The position numbers were made by a program, and so were the translations under genes. A stretch of 64,000 nucleotides of DNA from contig OZ024750.1 of NCBI GenBank assembly GCA_964016885.1, positions 51,708,001 through 51,772,000 on the forward strand, given 5' to 3'. Each line of letters starts with the position of its first letter. Position 1 is the stretch's first letter. This document shows, piece after piece, positions 46,514 to 63,489 of the stretch. The notes beneath the pieces were generated by a model. It saw only the letters and a list, made by a program, of their open reading frames with translations. It was not told the DNA's origin and did not search any database. The stretch is from Eledone cirrhosa. Its lineage: Eukaryota.

Positions 46514-49500
46514 GTGGTGTGGTGTGTGGTGTGTGGTGTGGTGTGGTGTGTGATGTGGTGTGGTGTGTGATGTGGTGTGGTGTGTGGTGTGTGGTGTGGT
46601 GTGGTGTGGTGTGTGGTGTGTGAGGTGTGGTGTGTGGTGTGTGTGGTGTGGTGTGGTGTGTGGTGTGGTGTGGTGTGGTGTGGTGTGGTGTGTGGTGTGT
46701 GGTGTGTGGTGTGTGGTGTGTGGTGTGGTGTGTGTGTGTGTGTGTGGTGTGGTGTGGTGTGTGGTGTGTGTGGTGTGTGAGGTGTGGTGTGTGGTGTGTG
46801 GTGTGGTGTGGTGTGGTGTGTGATGTGGTGTGGTGTGTGATGTGGTGTGGTGTGGTGTGTGGTGTGTGGTGTGGTGTGGTGTGTGATGTGGTGTGGTGTG
46901 TGGTGTGGTGTGTGGTGTGTGGTGTGTGATGTCGTGTGGTGTGTGGTGTGGTGTGTGGTGTGTGGTGTGGTGTGTGATGTGGTGTGTGTGTGTGGTGTGT
47001 GGTGTGTGGTGTGTGGTGTGTGATGTCGTGTGGTGTGGTGTGTGGTGTGTGGTGTGGTGTGTGATGTGGTGTGGTGTGTGGTGTGGTGTGTGGTGTGTGG
47101 TGTGGTGTGTGATGTGGTGTGGTGTGGTGTGTGATGTGGTGTGGTGTGTGGTGTGGTGTGTGGTGTGTGGTGTGTGGTGTGTGGTGTGGTGTGGTGTGTG
47201 GTGTGTGGTGTGGTGTGGTATGTGGTGTGGTGTGTGGTGTGTGGTGTGTGAGGTGTGGTGTGTGGTGTGTGTGGTGTGGTGTGGTGTGTGGTGTGGTGTG
47301 GTGTGGTGTGGTGTGTGGTGTGTGGTGTGTGGTGTGTGGTGTGGTGTGGTGTGTGGTGTGTGGTGTGGTGTGGTGTGTGGTGTGTGGTGTGGTGTGGTGT
47401 GGTGTGGTGTGTGGTGTGTGAGGTGTGGTGTGTGGTGTGTGTGGTGTGGTGTGGTGTGTGGTGTGGTGTGGTGTGGTGTGTGGTGTGTGGTGTGTGGTGT
47501 GTGGTGTGTGGTGTGGTGTGGTGTGTGGTGTGGTGTGTAGTGTGGTGTGGTGTGTGGTGTGTGGTGTGTGGTGTGGTGTGGTGTGTGGTGTGGTGTGTGG
47601 TGTGGTGTGTGGTGTGTGGTGTGTGTGGTGTGGTGTGTGGTGTGTGTGGTGTGGTGTGTGGTGTGTGTGGTGTGGTGTGTGATGTGGTGTGAGGTGTGGT
47701 GTGTGGTGTGTGGTGTGTGGTGTGGTGTGGTGTGGTGTGTGGTGTGGTGTGTGGTGTGGTGTGTGGTGTGTGGTGTGTGTGGTGTGGTGTGTGGTGTGTG
47801 TGGTGTGGTGTGGTGTGTGGTGTGGTGTGGTGTGGTGTGTGGTGTGTGGTGTGTGGTGTGGTGTGGTGTGCGGTGTGGTGTGTGGTGTGTGTGGTGTGGT
47901 GTGCTGTGTGTGTGGTGTGTGGTGTGTGTGGTGTGGTGTGTGGTGTGTGGTGTGTGGTGTGTGGTGTGTGGTATGGTGTGTGGTGTGTGGTGTGTGATGT
48001 GGTGTGGTGTGTGGTGTGGTGTGTAGTGTGTGGTGTGGTGTGGTGTGGTGTGTGGTGTGTGAGGTGTGGTGTGTGGTGTGGTGTGTGAAGTGTGGTGTGG
48101 TGTGGTGTGTAGTGTGTGGTGTGGTGTGGTGTGGTGTGTGGTGTGTGTGGTGTGGTGTGGTGTGTGGTGTGTGAAGTGTGGTGTGGTGTGTGGTGTGGTG
48201 TGTGATGTGGTGTGGTGTGGTGTGTGGTGTGGTGTGGTGTGTGATGTGGTGTGAGGTGTGGTGTGTGGTGTGTGGTGTGTGGTGTGTGGTGTGTGTGGTG
48301 TGGTGTGTGATGTGGTGTGAGGTGTGGTGTGTGGTGTGTGGTGTGTGGTGTGTGGTGTGGTGTGTGTTGTGTGTGGTGTTGTGTGTGGTGTGAGGTGTGG
48401 TGTGTGTGGTGTGGTGTGTGGTGTGAGGTGTGGTGTGTAGTGTGTGGTGTGAGGTGTGGTGTGTGTGGTGTGGTGTGTGGTGTGAGGTGTGGTGTGGTGT
48501 GTGGTGTGTGGTGTGGTGTGGTGTGGTGTGGTGTGGTGTGTGGTGTGTGTGGTGTGTGGTGTGGTGTGGTGTGTTGTGTGTGGTGTGGTGTGGTGTGGTG
48601 TGGTGTGTGGTGTGTGTGGTGTGTGGTGTGGTGTGTGGTGTGTGGTGTGGTGTGGTGTGTGGTGTGTGGTGTGGTGTGTGTGGTGTGGTGTGGTGTGGTG
48701 TGAGGTGTGTGGTGTGGTGTGTGGTGTGTGTGGTGTGGTGTGTGGTGTGTGGTGTGTGGTGTGTGGTGTGTGGTGTGTGGTGTGTGGTGTGGTGTGTGGT
48801 GTGTGGTGTGGTGTGTGTGGTGTGGTGTGTGGTGTGTGTGGTGTGGTGTGTGGTGTGGGGTGTGTGGTGTGTGGTGTGGTGTGGTGTGTGGTGTGGTGTG
48901 GTGTGTGGTGTGTGGTGTGGTGTGTGTGGTGTGGTGTGGTGTGAGGTGTGGTGTGTGCTGTGTGGTGTGTGGTGTGTGGTGTGTGGTGTGGTGTGGTGTG
49001 TGGTGTGGTGTGGTGTGTGGTGTGTGGTGTAGAGTGTGTGGTGTGGTGTGGTGTGAGGTGTGGTGTGTGGTGTGTGGTGTGTGGTGTGTGTGTGGTGTGG
49101 TGTGTGGTGTGTGGTGTGTGGTATGATGTGTGGTGTGTGGTGTGTGGTGTGTGGTGTGTGGTGTGTGGTGTGTGGTATGGTGTGGTGTGTGGTGTGGTGT
49201 GGTGTGTGGTGTGTGGTGTGGTGTGTGTGGTGTGGTGTGAGGTGTGGTGTGGTATGGTGTGTGGTGTGGTGTGGTGTGTGGTGTGGTGTGTGGTGTGTGG
49301 TGTGTGGTGTGGTGTGTGGTGTGGGGTGTGGGGTGTGGGGTGTGGTGTGTGGTGTGTGGTGTGTGTGGTGGGGTGTGGTGTGTGGTGTGTGTGGTGGGGT
49401 GTGGTGTGTGGTGTGTGATGTGGTGTGGTGTGGTGTGTGGTGTGGTGTGAGGTGTGGTGTGTGGTGTGTGGTGTGGTGTGGTGTGGTATGGTGTGTGGTG

Positions 49501-52088
49501 TGGTGTGGTGTGTGGTGTGTGGTGTGTGTGGTGGGGTGTGGTGTGTGGTGTGTGATGTGGTGTGGTGTGGTGTGTGGTGTGGTGTGAGGTGTGGTGTGTG
49601 GTGTGTGGTGTGGTGTGGTGTGGTATGGTGTGTGGTGTGGTGTGGTGTGTGGTGTGGTGTGTGTGTGGTGTGGTGTGTGATGTGGTGTGAGGTGTGGTGT
49701 GTGGTGTGTGTGGTGTGGTGTGTGGTGTTGTGTGTGGTGTGTGTGTGGTGTGTGGTGTGGTGTGTGTTGTGTGTGGTGTTGTGTGTGGTGTGAGGTGTGG
49801 TGTGTGTGGTGTGGTGTGTGGTGTGTAGTGTGTGGTGTGTGGTGTGTGGTGTGTGGTGTGGTGTGGTGTGTGGTGTGTGGTGTGGTGTGTGGTGTGGTGT
49901 GTGGTGTGTGTGGTGTGTGGTGTGGTGTGTGGTGTGTGGTGTGGTGTGGTGTGGTGTGTGGTGTGTGGTGTGTGGTGTGGTGTGTGGTGTGTGTGGTGGG
50001 GTGCGGTGTGTGGTGTGTGATGTGGTGTGGTGTGGTGTGTGGTGTGGTGTGAGGTGTGGTGTGTGGTGTGTGGTGTGGTGTGGTGTGGTATGGTGTGTGG
50101 TGTGGTGTGGTGTGTGGTGTGTGGTGTGTGTGGTGTGGTGTGTGATGTGGTGTGAGGTGTGGTGTGTGGTGTGTGTGGTGTGGTGTGTGGTGTGGTGTGA
50201 GGTGTGGTGTGTGGTGTGTGGTGTGTGGTGTGTGGTGTGGTGTGGTGTGTGGTGTGTGGTGTGTGTGGTGTGGTGTGTGATGTGGTGTGAGGTGTGGTGT
50301 GTGGTGTGTGGTGTGTGGTGTGTGGTGTGGTGTGGTGTGTAGTGTGTGGTGTGTGGTGTGTGGTGTGTGGTGTGGTGTGGTGTGTGGTGTGTGGTGTGGT
50401 GTGTGGTGTGGTGTGTGGTGTGTGTGGTGTGTGGTGTGGTGTGTGGTGTGTGGTGTGGTGTGGTGTGGTGTGTGGTGTGTGGTGTGTGGTGTGGTGTGTG
50501 TGTGGTGTGTGGTGTGTGTGGTGTTGTGTGTGTTGTGAGGTGTGGTGTGTGTGGTGTGGTGTGTGGTGTGTAGTGTGTGGTGTGGTGTGTGTGGTGTGGT
50601 GTGTGGTGTGAGGTGTGGTGTGTAGTGTGTGGTGTGAGGTGTGGTGTGTGTGGTGTGGTGTAGTGTGTGTAGTGTGTGGTGTGAGGTGTGGTGTGTGTGG
50701 TGTGGTGTGGTGTGGTGTATGGTGTGGTGTGTGTGGTGTGTGGTGTGGTGTGTGGTGTGGTGTGTGGTGTGTGGTGTGGTGTGGTGTGGTGTGTGGAGTG
50801 TGTGGTGTGTGGTGTGGTGTGTGTTGTGTGGTGTGGTGTGGTGTGTGGTGTGGTGTGTGGTGTGTGTGGTGGGGTGTGGTGTGTGGTGTGTGATGTGGTG
50901 TGGTGTGGTGTGTGGTGTGGTGTGAGGTGTGGTGTGTGGTGTGGTGTGTGGTGTGCGATGTGTGGTGCGTGGTGTGGTGTGTGGTGTGGTGTGGTGTGTG
51001 GTGTGGTGTGGTGTGTGGTGTGGTGTGTGGTGTGGTGTGTGGTGTGGTGTGTGGTGTGGTGTGTGGTGTGCGATGTGTGGTGCGTGGTATGGTGTGTGGT
51101 GTGGTGTGGTGTGTGGTGTGGTGTGTGGTGTGCGATGTGTGGTGCGTGGTGTGGTGTGTGGTGTGGTGTGTGGTGTGCGATGTGTGGTGCGTGGTGTGGT
51201 GTGTGGTGTGGTGTGGTGTGTGGTGTGGTGTGGTGTGTGGTGTGGTGTGTGGTGTGGGGTGTGTGGTGTGTGGTGTGTGGTGTGGTGTGGTGTGTGGTGT
51301 GGTGTGGTGTGTGGTGTGGTGTGTGGTGTGGTGTGTGTGGTGTTGTGTGTGGTGTGAAGTGTGGTGTGGTGTGGTGTGGTGTGGTGTGTGGTGTGGTGTG
51401 AGGTGTGGTGTGTGAAGTGTGGTGTGTGGTGTGTGGTGTGTGGTGTGGTGTGGTGGTGTGTGGTGTGTGGTGTGTGATGTGGTGTGTGTTATGGTGGTGT
51501 GTGGTGTGTGGTGTGTGTGGTGTGTGGTGTGGTGTGTGGTGTGGTGTGTGGTGTGTGGTGTGGTGTGTGGTGTGGTGTGTGGTGTGGTGTGTGGTGTGGT
51601 GGTGTGTGGTGTGTGATGTGGTGTGTGGTATGGTGGTGTGTGGTGTGTGGTGTGGTGTGGTGTGTGGTGTGAGGTGTCGTGTGGTGTGTGGTGTGTGGTG
51701 TGTGGTATGATGTGTGGTGTGGTGGGTGGTGTGGTGCGGTGTGTGGTGTGTGGTGTGTGGTTTGGTGTGTGGTGTGTGGTGTGTGGTGTGTGGTGTGTGG
51801 TGTGTGGTGTGCTGTGTAGTGTGGTATGGTGTGGTGTGTGGTGTGGGGTGTATGTGTGGTGTGTAGTGTGGTGTGGTGTGGTGTGTGGTGTGGTGTGTTG
51901 TGTGGTGTGGTGTGGTGTGTGGTGTGTGGTGTGGTGTGGTGTGTAGTGTATGGTGTGGTGTGGTGTATGGTGTGGTGTGTGGTGTGGTGTGTGGTGTGTG
52001 GTGTGTGGTGTGGTGTGTGGTGTGGTGTGGTGTGTGGTGTGGTGTGTGGTGTGTGGTGTCTGTGTGATGTGTGGTGTGTGTGTGTGTA
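46514..52088. repeat. ~5.6 kb irregular GT-rich satellite (TGTGG, TGTGTGG, TGTGTGTGG units)
   Basis: Almost only G and T on the + strand, with recurrent TGTGAGG and TGTGATG variants. Confidence 0.95.
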
Positions 52089-53632
<1,544 letters not shown>

Positions 53633-54118
53633 TATTGATCTCATAATCAATTTTAATCTGACAGCAAGTCATTCGTTACGTCTGCAATCTATTTACAACA
53701 GCAGATGTCGTCTGCTGACAAATGTTTATTACCAATAAAAGATGTTCTTCTTATTGGACCTCCGTCACTTCACAACGACCAGAGTTGCTGCCATCTTCTA
53801 CTCTCAGTCGCTTCACGCCATGAAACCGGGATAAGCACCGTCCAAATGAACCTTCCGGCTTAAGATAGACTGTAGACTTTTTTTCTTTTTTTACATGTTT
53901 CAGTCATTATACAGTAGGAATGCTAAGGCACTGCTTTTAATCGATCCTATCTATTCCAGTGTGTAGTTTCTTCGACTCTCTTACATATCTACCGATCTTG
54001 GTCGAACTGCGAATTACGGAATATTATTGCGATCACCGACAGACAGATACACAATGAAAACACACACAAACACAAACACACACACACATATACACACAAA
54101 CACACACACACACACACA

Positions 54119-54265
<147 letters not shown>

Positions 54266-54318
54266 TATCGCTTACTATAGCCTCGGATTAACTAATGCCA
54301 TGTAGGTGGAATTTGGTA

Positions 54319-54397
<79 letters not shown>

Positions 54398-54649
54398 GAC
54401 GTAAAATAAGAAAATTATAAAACTCAACTTACTAAAATTTCACTCCAACTAATTAGTTTCTGAAAGGGAATAAACATGGTTTCCATGCAATATATATATA
54501 TATATATATATTAATTTATCTTGACTCTGTTTTCCGTTAATTTTCACCGAAAATAGTTTTTGAATGCATTTTCTCTTTTCATGATATCCGGATTACATTG
54601 AGTTCTTCATACGGATTGGACACTACCGTAAATTTTTGGTAGATTTATC

Positions 54650-54712
<63 letters not shown>

Positions 54713-54897
54713 CAAATTTAGACGGGAACAAAACAGAGAGGCAGAGACAAATAAAGGTTTATTAGGTTCACGCGAGAGTGACGTCCATAAAGGCTTTTTC
54801 AATTTAAAAAATATATTACAAAAGCAAATGAACAGACAAATATGTGGAAATTGTTACATAATGAGCAGTAGTTATTGAAGTTTTTTAAAACTAATTT

Positions 54898-55047
54898 AAT
54901 TGTTTCTACTTTAGGCACAAGGCCAGCAATTACCCAGTTCATTACTGGTACTTTATTTTATCGACCCCGTAAGGATGAAAGGCAAAGTCAGCCTCGGCGG
55001 GATTTGAACTCAGATCGTAAAGGGACGTAACTATGCTGGAAAGCATG
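54898..55047 (-). mobile_element. SINE, 5'-truncated
   Basis: Same family as 583-764. Confidence 0.85.
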
Positions 55048-55093
55048 AATTTAATACACCTCTATATGAGCACCATTGGTTGTAGAAAGCACA

Positions 55094-55441
55094 TCAAGAC
55101 GGTACTTGCCATGTTTGCCGTAGCATGGCCTCGTCAATGGTAGCAATAGCATCAGTGATCTTTTGCTTCAAATCAGTGATGTCCTGTATCTTTGTTCGAT
55201 ACACGATATCTTCAACATAACCCCATAGAAAGAAGTCCAGGGGAGTGATATCTGGTGAACGAGGTGGCCAGGGAATTGGGTCATCCCTTCCAATCCACCG
55301 GTCTGGAAATGTTTGATTTAGGAACCCATCAACATGAGGTCCCCAATGTTGTGGTGCACCATCTTGCTGGAAAATGATGGTTGGTTGAAGGTCATCTAGT
55401 TGTGGTGCCACATATTCAGTCAAGAGGTCAAGGTAAACGTT
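55094..55441 (-). mobile_element. Tc1/mariner transposase fragment, D41D spacing (rosa/DD41D type)
   Basis: FQQDGAPQH...WPPRSPDITPLDFFLWG; 41 residues counted between the second and third catalytic Asp. Confidence 0.85.
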
Positions 55442-55877
55442 AGACTTTTGAAAAGATCACGTTAGCGGAAACCGGTTAGTAAAAGCAAATGCAAAAACCT
55501 TGATGCTTTCTGTAAATGAGCTTTTTTTTAAAAAAAAAAAAGGATAATAAAAAGAAAAGCTATAATTTTTTCCATGAACTATATTCTTTGTGTAGTCTGA
55601 GTCGACATGTGTATGTATAAAACAACTGCATCTTCAACAGTTTATATATATGTAATCATATATAACAGTAATCATATATATGTGGAGGGAGGGTGTTTGA
55701 CACGCTTCGGCAGTTTCCGTTTGTGTCTATATTTACGTAAGTAACAGTATTGGAAAAATAAATAAGCATGGCTGCATCCAGTGATTGAAAGCAGTGAGAC
55801 AAAATACATTCTTTGAAATATGGCCAGCATCATTACAATTGATGTTATAGATTGTATATAACGTGTATAGCTCTCTC

Positions 55878-55983
<106 letters not shown>

Positions 55984-56011
55984 ATCAAAAGATGGTTAAA
56001 TGAGTTCCATG

Positions 56012-56082
56012 TATTTTATTATGTGCATTTCAAAAACAAATATCATCATGCGATGATATTTGCGTTTTCGTCAGATAAAATA
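56012..56082 (-). ncRNA. Type I hammerhead ribozyme (family A)
   Basis: Minus strand TATTTTAT-CTGACGA-AAACGCAAATATCATC(GCAT)GATGATATTTGTTTTT-GAAA-TGCACA-TA^-ATAAAATA. Confidence 0.8.
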
Positions 56083-56143
56083 AGGAGACATGATATGAAG
56101 GTTAAAAACACTTGTGGATAGTGCAGTTTTAAATCAACATATC

Positions 56144-56872
<729 letters not shown>

Positions 56873-57853
56873 CATACATAATTATGATAGCTACAACTCG
56901 AGTTCAAGTAATGCCATCGCTTGATACTTAAGCATCACAGACGTAGCTTCTTAGTCCTGCTAGGGACCTGCCTATGGTCAGCAATACCATGTATCACAAG
57001 GAGTTCTTTATCGTTATAGCTATCTCTGTCTACATTGTTCAGTCTCCTTGGGTTAATTACCCGATTTTCTCAACTATTATTTATAGTCAACTACGATTAT
57101 TATGCTCATTTGCTGTGGGACGCACACATTTTTTATTTCAAATTTTTCCAATCCTTTTTTTTTTCTTTACACTTTTACAGTTTCAACATCTTCTAAAAAG
57201 GTTGAATTAACATGGAGCGACTTTTTATCATAGTAGTTAACGCATTCACCCGGTTTCGGAGAGATGCGGGGTTCGGTTGCTCGTTCCCACCGTTGTCCAA
57301 TTTTCATCCGTCTCCAGGAGTACTTTAACCGATTTTTTTCAACTATTATTTATAGAGATCGACTATTATTTTGGTAATTTGCGTTGGGACACACACATTT
57401 CAAATTTCAAATTTTCCCAAGTTTCTTAAGTTATCCGCTTTGTTTACATACATTCTTTTATCAGACAAACCAAACAACAACACACATGATTAATGGCTTT
57501 TTCCACTGAGTTTCAAGTATTTCTCGTCCTTTGCTTTTATTTCCACACAAACACAAACCAAAACATCTTTCTCCAAACATTTCTTCTCCTCGACAATATA
57601 TATATATATATATATGTATATATATGTATATATATATATATATATTGTTATATTTGGGGAGGGTCATATTTGCGTAATATTGCCAGAATTAATAACAGAA
57701 CACACTCACTGTTTGGTTGGTTTTCGCTTCTCGCTGTCTTTTATATATATATATCAGCGATCTAACTTACTCGGTCCTCAATGTTGCCATTGACTGACCG
57801 GCGGTCAAAAATAATACAGATACAATATAGACAAACACATATATATATAGTTT

Positions 57854-57893
57854 ACATAAATCTTTCGTTGCACATCTGCAACATCGTCAGTGG
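57854..57893 (-). ncRNA. Hammerhead motif in the 3' terminal region of the intact PLE
   Basis: Minus strand CA-CTGACGA-T-GTTGCA(GATG)TGCAAC-GAAA-GATT-TA^-TG; stem I is weak. Confidence 0.65.
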
Positions 57894-58162
57894 TGTTATA
57901 TTCATTGTTCCTCCTGTTGTGTTGTATGTCTACGCCATTTTTTTTGTTCAGTCTGTCTATATATTTATTTATTTATTTGCTTGTTTGTTTATCTTATTTT
58001 ATTTTGTCTTCTTTGCGCATGCGTTTGCGTGTGTGTATAGTGTTATGTGTGATGTGTGACTAGTGTGTATAGTGTTGTGTCTGCTGGGTGACTAGTGTGT
58101 GTTTATGTGCTTGTGTATGTATTTATTTATCTTATTTTATTTAATTTAATTTACTTATTTAT

Positions 58163-60523
58163 TTATACTTCTCTTAGGTCAGTGTTGTTTGTTTGGGTGT
58201 TGTTGTTGTTCCACTCATTCTTTCTGTTTAGCTGTGGTCTTCTAATTTCTATTTCACTGGCCTCTCTGATTTGCCTATCTGCTGGGTCATTCCTATGTTT
58301 AGATATTATTCTAATTTCTATGTTGTCTATGTTACCGTCATGATGTTGTCTAGCATGTTCGTATAGTACTGACCCGTTTTTTCGTCCTTTTAGTTCCCCC
58401 CAGTGTTGGTCTATCCTTTCACCTATGCTACGAGCTGTCTCACCTATGTATGTTGTTGTCGTGTTTCTGCAAGTACCCTCTGTACATCTTATGCTATAGA
58501 CTACGTTTCTAGTTTTACAGTTTATCCGGGGGTTCACCTTACATATGATACATTTCCTATTGGTACAGTGGGTTTTCTTAAAAGGGTAGGTTTTGCTGAT
58601 CAGGGATTTTATGGTGGTTCCTGGCTTTTCTACCACCTTTATTTTTAAGTGGGTCTTTCTCAGGGCCTTTCTACACTGGTTAGCTAATTTCCCTCCAGGG
58701 GTGGCGTCCACAAACATGACACTCTGATATCTCTGGTTGTCGTACCATGATGTGGCCTTCCCTATCTTATGTCTAGCCCTATCTAAGCTATTCCATGATT
58801 TGCTCCTGTATAGTGGGCAAATTCCTTTCATGTCCAGTTCTATGAGGGTCTTATACTTTTCCATGGCTCCTTCGTATACTCTGACTCTGTCTCTTTGGTT
58901 GTAGCCAGAGAACTGCATGCGGTTGATGAAGTGTTGGATGTGTCCTTCCATTTCTGTTGGGTCGCACATGCTGGACACATTCTTCATCACTCGTACCAAA
59001 TCTGCGATCAGAATATTAAACTTAGCACTACTGGACATTGCTGAGTTTTTGAGTATCAGGTATTTGGAGGCCATGGGTTTAGCATAGTGTGAGTGGAGAA
59101 TTTGGGCTCTCTCGTCTATAGTGTTAATCCAGAGTTCTGTGTCTAATACAGGTAGTCTATTGTTAGGGTGTTTGGAAGGGAAGTCTATAGTTACAGTTAT
59201 ACTCTGGTGTATGGAATTAGCTATCTGCTGGATGCTTTCCATCGTGCTACGTTCTAAATCAAACTTGTTAGTGCTCTCTAGTGGGGGTGTTCTTATAACT
59301 ATATTGATATCGTCTACATAACGAGAGTACATGATGAGGTCTATGGAGCTTTCATTAAGGAGATCTTTAAGTCTCCTTTCCCACCATACCATGAAAAGGT
59401 TGGCAACATCGCCAGCTATGCTGACGCCGATGGCTGCTCCCTCATTTTGGGTGTAGATTTTCTCATTGAACTTAAATATGTGGCCCTTTAGGGTAGTTTT
59501 GATACTAGCCCCTATTGCATGTGCGACCATTTTTCTTACCTGATCAGTGTTTTGGGGGGTCCGTATAGCTTTGGTCCACCCAATCCACCTTCCTATGGGA
59601 GTCTTTTTAGCCATTGAGGTTATGGTGGGGGGTCTACCTCTTATAGGTCTACTAGGGCAGAAACATCTAAGGTCATGGCTGTCTAGGTAGTCAGTGTCGT
59701 AGGTAAGTCTAAGTAGGAGGCCCAGTTCGTCTGTGTCGACGTCGCAGAACTCCACCTCACTCTCAATGATCATCTCCACACATCTTTTCACAGCAAAATC
59801 AATGTTAATGGATGGGTACAGTGACACCACATCCATGCTGCCTATTATGCAGTTGGATAGGCTCCTGTTTTTGTTGCACTCACTGATTCTGCTGAGGAGG
59901 TCCTCTGTACTTTCACATACATCTGGGGACATCTTGATTATGGGGCGTATAACCATTGAGAGGAAGTAGGAGATCCTGTAGTTGCTAGCTATATTAGCTC
60001 CGCATACAGGTCTTGTTGGTGGTCCTATTGTCGGGTCGTCGACTGTCTTGTGGTCTTTGCGGAGCCCATACAAGGGTGGTATGCCATTGTTAGACGCCTG
60101 GAAGTTGTTGGCAGTGCGTCTGCTTGGCTTTAGGATGTCAGTCCACATCATCATGTGAGCGTTGAGGATTTTTTCTCTCCCATCGTGTGTTAGTTGTGCA
60201 ACTTCGCTCGTGTTGGTGATGTGGGGTTGCATTGCCTCGATGTAGTTCGGCATGCTATCTATTGACATCCTACCAGACTTATCTGTGGGTAGACACACTA
60301 CCTCACCATCCCTTGTGCGCTGCTTGAGGCTAACCAAGCCTTCTACAGGTTTTATCCCAAGTTGTTGGGCCTCTGGTCTGCTCTGTCTCATAGTGTACCT
60401 GTCTACTACTTGTCTAATCTTATTTCTAGCTATGGTGAACTGTGCCTCCGTCTCGTCATCTATTTGTTGTGGTATGCAAACTCTTTTATTAAAGGGTAAC
60501 CTCGTAGGATAGATATTACCCAT
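58163..60523 (-). CDS. PLE polyprotein: reverse transcriptase, Cys-rich linker, C-terminal GIY-YIG endonuclease (786 aa from MGNIYP; frame open to ~60752)
   Basis: [67 protein letters not shown]...[16 protein letters not shown]; no stop codons. Confidence 0.9.
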   Translation of the reverse strand: MGNIYPTRLPFNKRVCIPQQIDDETEAQFTIARNKIRQVVDRYTMRQSRPEAQQLGIKPVEGLVSLKQRTRDGEVVCLPTDKSGRMSIDSMPNYIEAMQPHITNTSEVAQLTHDGREKILNAHMMMWTDILKPSRRTANNFQASNNGIPPLYGLRKDHKTVDDPTIGPPTRPVCGANIASNYRISYFLSMVIRPIIKMSPDVCESTEDLLSRISECNKNRSLSNCIIGSMDVVSLYPSINIDFAVKRCVEMIIESEVEFCDVDTDELGLLLRLTYDTDYLDSHDLRCFCPSRPIRGRPPTITSMAKKTPIGRWIGWTKAIRTPQNTDQVRKMVAHAIGASIKTTLKGHIFKFNEKIYTQNEGAAIGVSIAGDVANLFMVWWERRLKDLLNESSIDLIMYSRYVDDINIVIRTPPLESTNKFDLERSTMESIQQIANSIHQSITVTIDFPSKHPNNRLPVLDTELWINTIDERAQILHSHYAKPMASKYLILKNSAMSSSAKFNILIADLVRVMKNVSSMCDPTEMEGHIQHFINRMQFSGYNQRDRVRVYEGAMEKYKTLIELDMKGICPLYRSKSWNSLDRARHKIGKATSWYDNQRYQSVMFVDATPGGKLANQCRKALRKTHLKIKVVEKPGTTIKSLISKTYPFKKTHCTNRKCIICKVNPRINCKTRNVVYSIRCTEGTCRNTTTTYIGETARSIGERIDQHWGELKGRKNGSVLYEHARQHHDGNIDNIEIRIISKHRNDPADRQIREASEIEIRRPQLNRKNEWNNNNTQTNNTDLREV

Positions 60524-60750
60524 CTTATATGTTTTGTCAGCTGGGTTGAAAAATAGTTTCTCTAAGGGGTTGTCGTTATTTCTATCGTCATAGTTGTGTG
60601 TGTTGCTATTATTGTTATCATGGTGGTTGTTGTTGTTTCTATCCTTAGCATTAATATTATTATTGTTATGATTGCTAGATGTATTGTTGTTTACTTCACC
60701 GTTATTGTTGTTGTTACTGCTATTTCTACCATTGTGGTTGTTACTATTAT

Positions 60751-60961
<211 letters not shown>

Positions 60962-61216
60962 TCTACGCTGTTCAGACATTTTATATATATATATGTGAGT
61001 GTGTGTGTGTGTGCGTGTGCGTGTATGTGTGTGCGTGCGTGTGTGTGTGTGTGTGTGCGTGTGTGTCTGTGCGTGTGTGTGCGTGTGTGTATGTGCGTGT
61101 GTGTGTGTGCGTGTGTGTGAGTGTGTGTATGTGCGTGTGTGTGTGTGCGTGTGTGTGAGTGTGTGTGTGTGCGTGTGTGTGTGTGCGGGTGTGTGTGTGC
61201 GTGTGTGTGAGTGTGT

Positions 61217-61299
<83 letters not shown>

Positions 61300-61531
61300 A
61301 GTGTGTGTGTGTGTGTATTTTCCAATTTCCGTTCAATAACTCGTATGTTGTTGGTATTGTATATTTTTCTCTTTCTTTGTCTTTACATATATATATATAT
61401 ATGTGTGTGTGTGTATACATATATATATATATATATACATATATATATGTACATATGTATATATATTTCTGTGTGCGTATATGTATATGCATATATACAT
61501 ATTTATACACATATGTAGATATATATAAGAT

Positions 61532-61620
<89 letters not shown>

Positions 61621-62064
61621 GATAGATAGATATCTTTCTTTATTCTTTTTTTTTTGTATTTATTTATTCTTTTTATTAGGGCGGGGGTGGTGGGGGTTGG
61701 TCGATATAGATAGATAGGTTATATCGTGTATGCGATAAATATATATATATACATGTATATTTACATATGTATAGTTTTCTATATATTTTGTCATTTACAA
61801 GTAGAGAAAACAAGAATACAAACAGTTGGCCAGGCAACTTGTAATCTTATATTCATATATTCTAATATTCCACTCTCTTGTTATTGAACAGAAGTGGTTA
61901 ACTGAAATATCTAGAATATTATTTCTCGGGTGTGTTTATATAATATATATATATATATATATATATTTATATGTGTGTGTGTGTGTAGGGGGTGAGTTTT
62001 ATGATATGTTGATTTAAAACTGCACTATCCACAAGTGTTTTTTAACCTTCATATCATGTCCTCC

Positions 62065-62135
62065 TATTTTATCTGATGAAAACACAAATGTTATTGCATG
62101 ATGATATTTGTTTTTGAAATGCGCATAATAAAATA
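62065..62135 (+). ncRNA. Type I hammerhead ribozyme (family A)
   Basis: TATTTTAT-CTGATGA-AAACACAAATGTTATT(GCAT)GATGATATTTGTTTTT-GAAA-TGCGCA-TA^-ATAAAATA; element 62005-62170 is preceded by an inverted piece of the family tail (GTAGGGGGTGAGTTTTAT). Confidence 0.8.
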
Positions 62136-62165
62136 CATGGAACTCTTTTAACCATCTTTTGATCT

Positions 62166-62250
<85 letters not shown>

Positions 62251-62255
62251 TACCG

Positions 62256-62489
62256 CTGGAGCCACTTTTTTAACATAAAAACAGGTAGAATTCCCAAAAC
62301 TAATCAGATCAGAGCAAACATCACGGACGCTCTATCTCAAAATTATTTTTGAAAAGCATTAGAAATGCGCAACCGGTAAAACTTAAAACCAAAACTGAAT
62401 ACTAACCAATACTATTACTAATTCTCACTTATTCCTAATTAAAATATTTTTCACTGTGAACAATTTGTCAGCATTTTCTTTTCCGTTTA

Positions 62490-62493
<4 letters not shown>
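62256..62493 (+). mobile_element. Solo 3' terminal fragment of the 37-41 kb PLE family
   Basis: Matches 40906-41145; (TA)n on both sides. Confidence 0.85.
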
Positions 62494-62585
<92 letters not shown>

Positions 62586-63159
62586 TATGTATACGTAAGT
62601 AACAGCCGTACTAAAAGTGAAAAATGAAATTTCGTTTCATTTTTTCCGTATATATATATAGCCAAAATTAAATTAAGGGTTGTCATGTCTGAGAGGCATG
62701 CGCCATATCCACTGCAGAATAAGCTCAAAGATTCCAATGAATAGATCCGAGCATTTCATATCAACTAGAAATAGATTGACATATATATATATATATATAT
62801 AATAAAAATATGGAACAATCACAGAGAATAATTTGTAAATTATGTAACCACACATAGCTAGGTAGGTAACCAATTAAAGTTTAACTAGAACTTTAAATAT
62901 AGATACCTTTTAAAATGATGAATCTCCTTTGTATATATTTCTTTAAATAAAAAATATATTTCACCAATTAATCAGTAAATCACAGCAGTTAAATCCTGGA
63001 TGGTCACCAAAGGAGAAGATCCAACTATCTACGTTTACAAAGCAAATGCAAATCTGTGAATGACTCGAACAACGTGTTGCATTTTTAAAAAAATACACAC
63101 ATCGCACAGCGTCATCCCAGTGGCGTGAATAGGATTATCGGCAGGTAGAAATAGCAGTC

Positions 63160-63475
63160 GAGTTCATTCAACTGAGTTAGCTCTACAATTAAGGGGCAAA
63201 CTTCCTCGAGCCTCTGCCCTTCTAAAATCCCGGAGAGCTCAATTTGCTGGCCACTGTCACCGTGCCAGCAATGAAATCATATCCGCTCTCTTGCTCTGGA
63301 ACCCTCACTCCAGCCTGACTAGGAGTAGGAGGCTGTCATTCCCTGACGTTATCTCTAGGGATACGGGAATCAGTAGACAGGACATGGGGGCAGCGATGTG
63401 GGACAGGGAATTCTGGGGCATGAGAGTGAGATCCATCATCTCGACAGTAGTCGACGAATGGTGATGATGAAGGGG
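63160..63475 (+). mobile_element. RTE-type LINE 3' fragment
   Basis: RRAQFAGHCHRASNEIISALLLW...LSFPDVISRDTG...AMWDREFW; TGATGATGA tail. Confidence 0.65.
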
Positions 63476-63489
63476 CCGTATATATATAT

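Noticed and set aside
46514-52088. Telomeric array
   Set aside because: No TTAGGG; internal position with ordinary sequence on both sides
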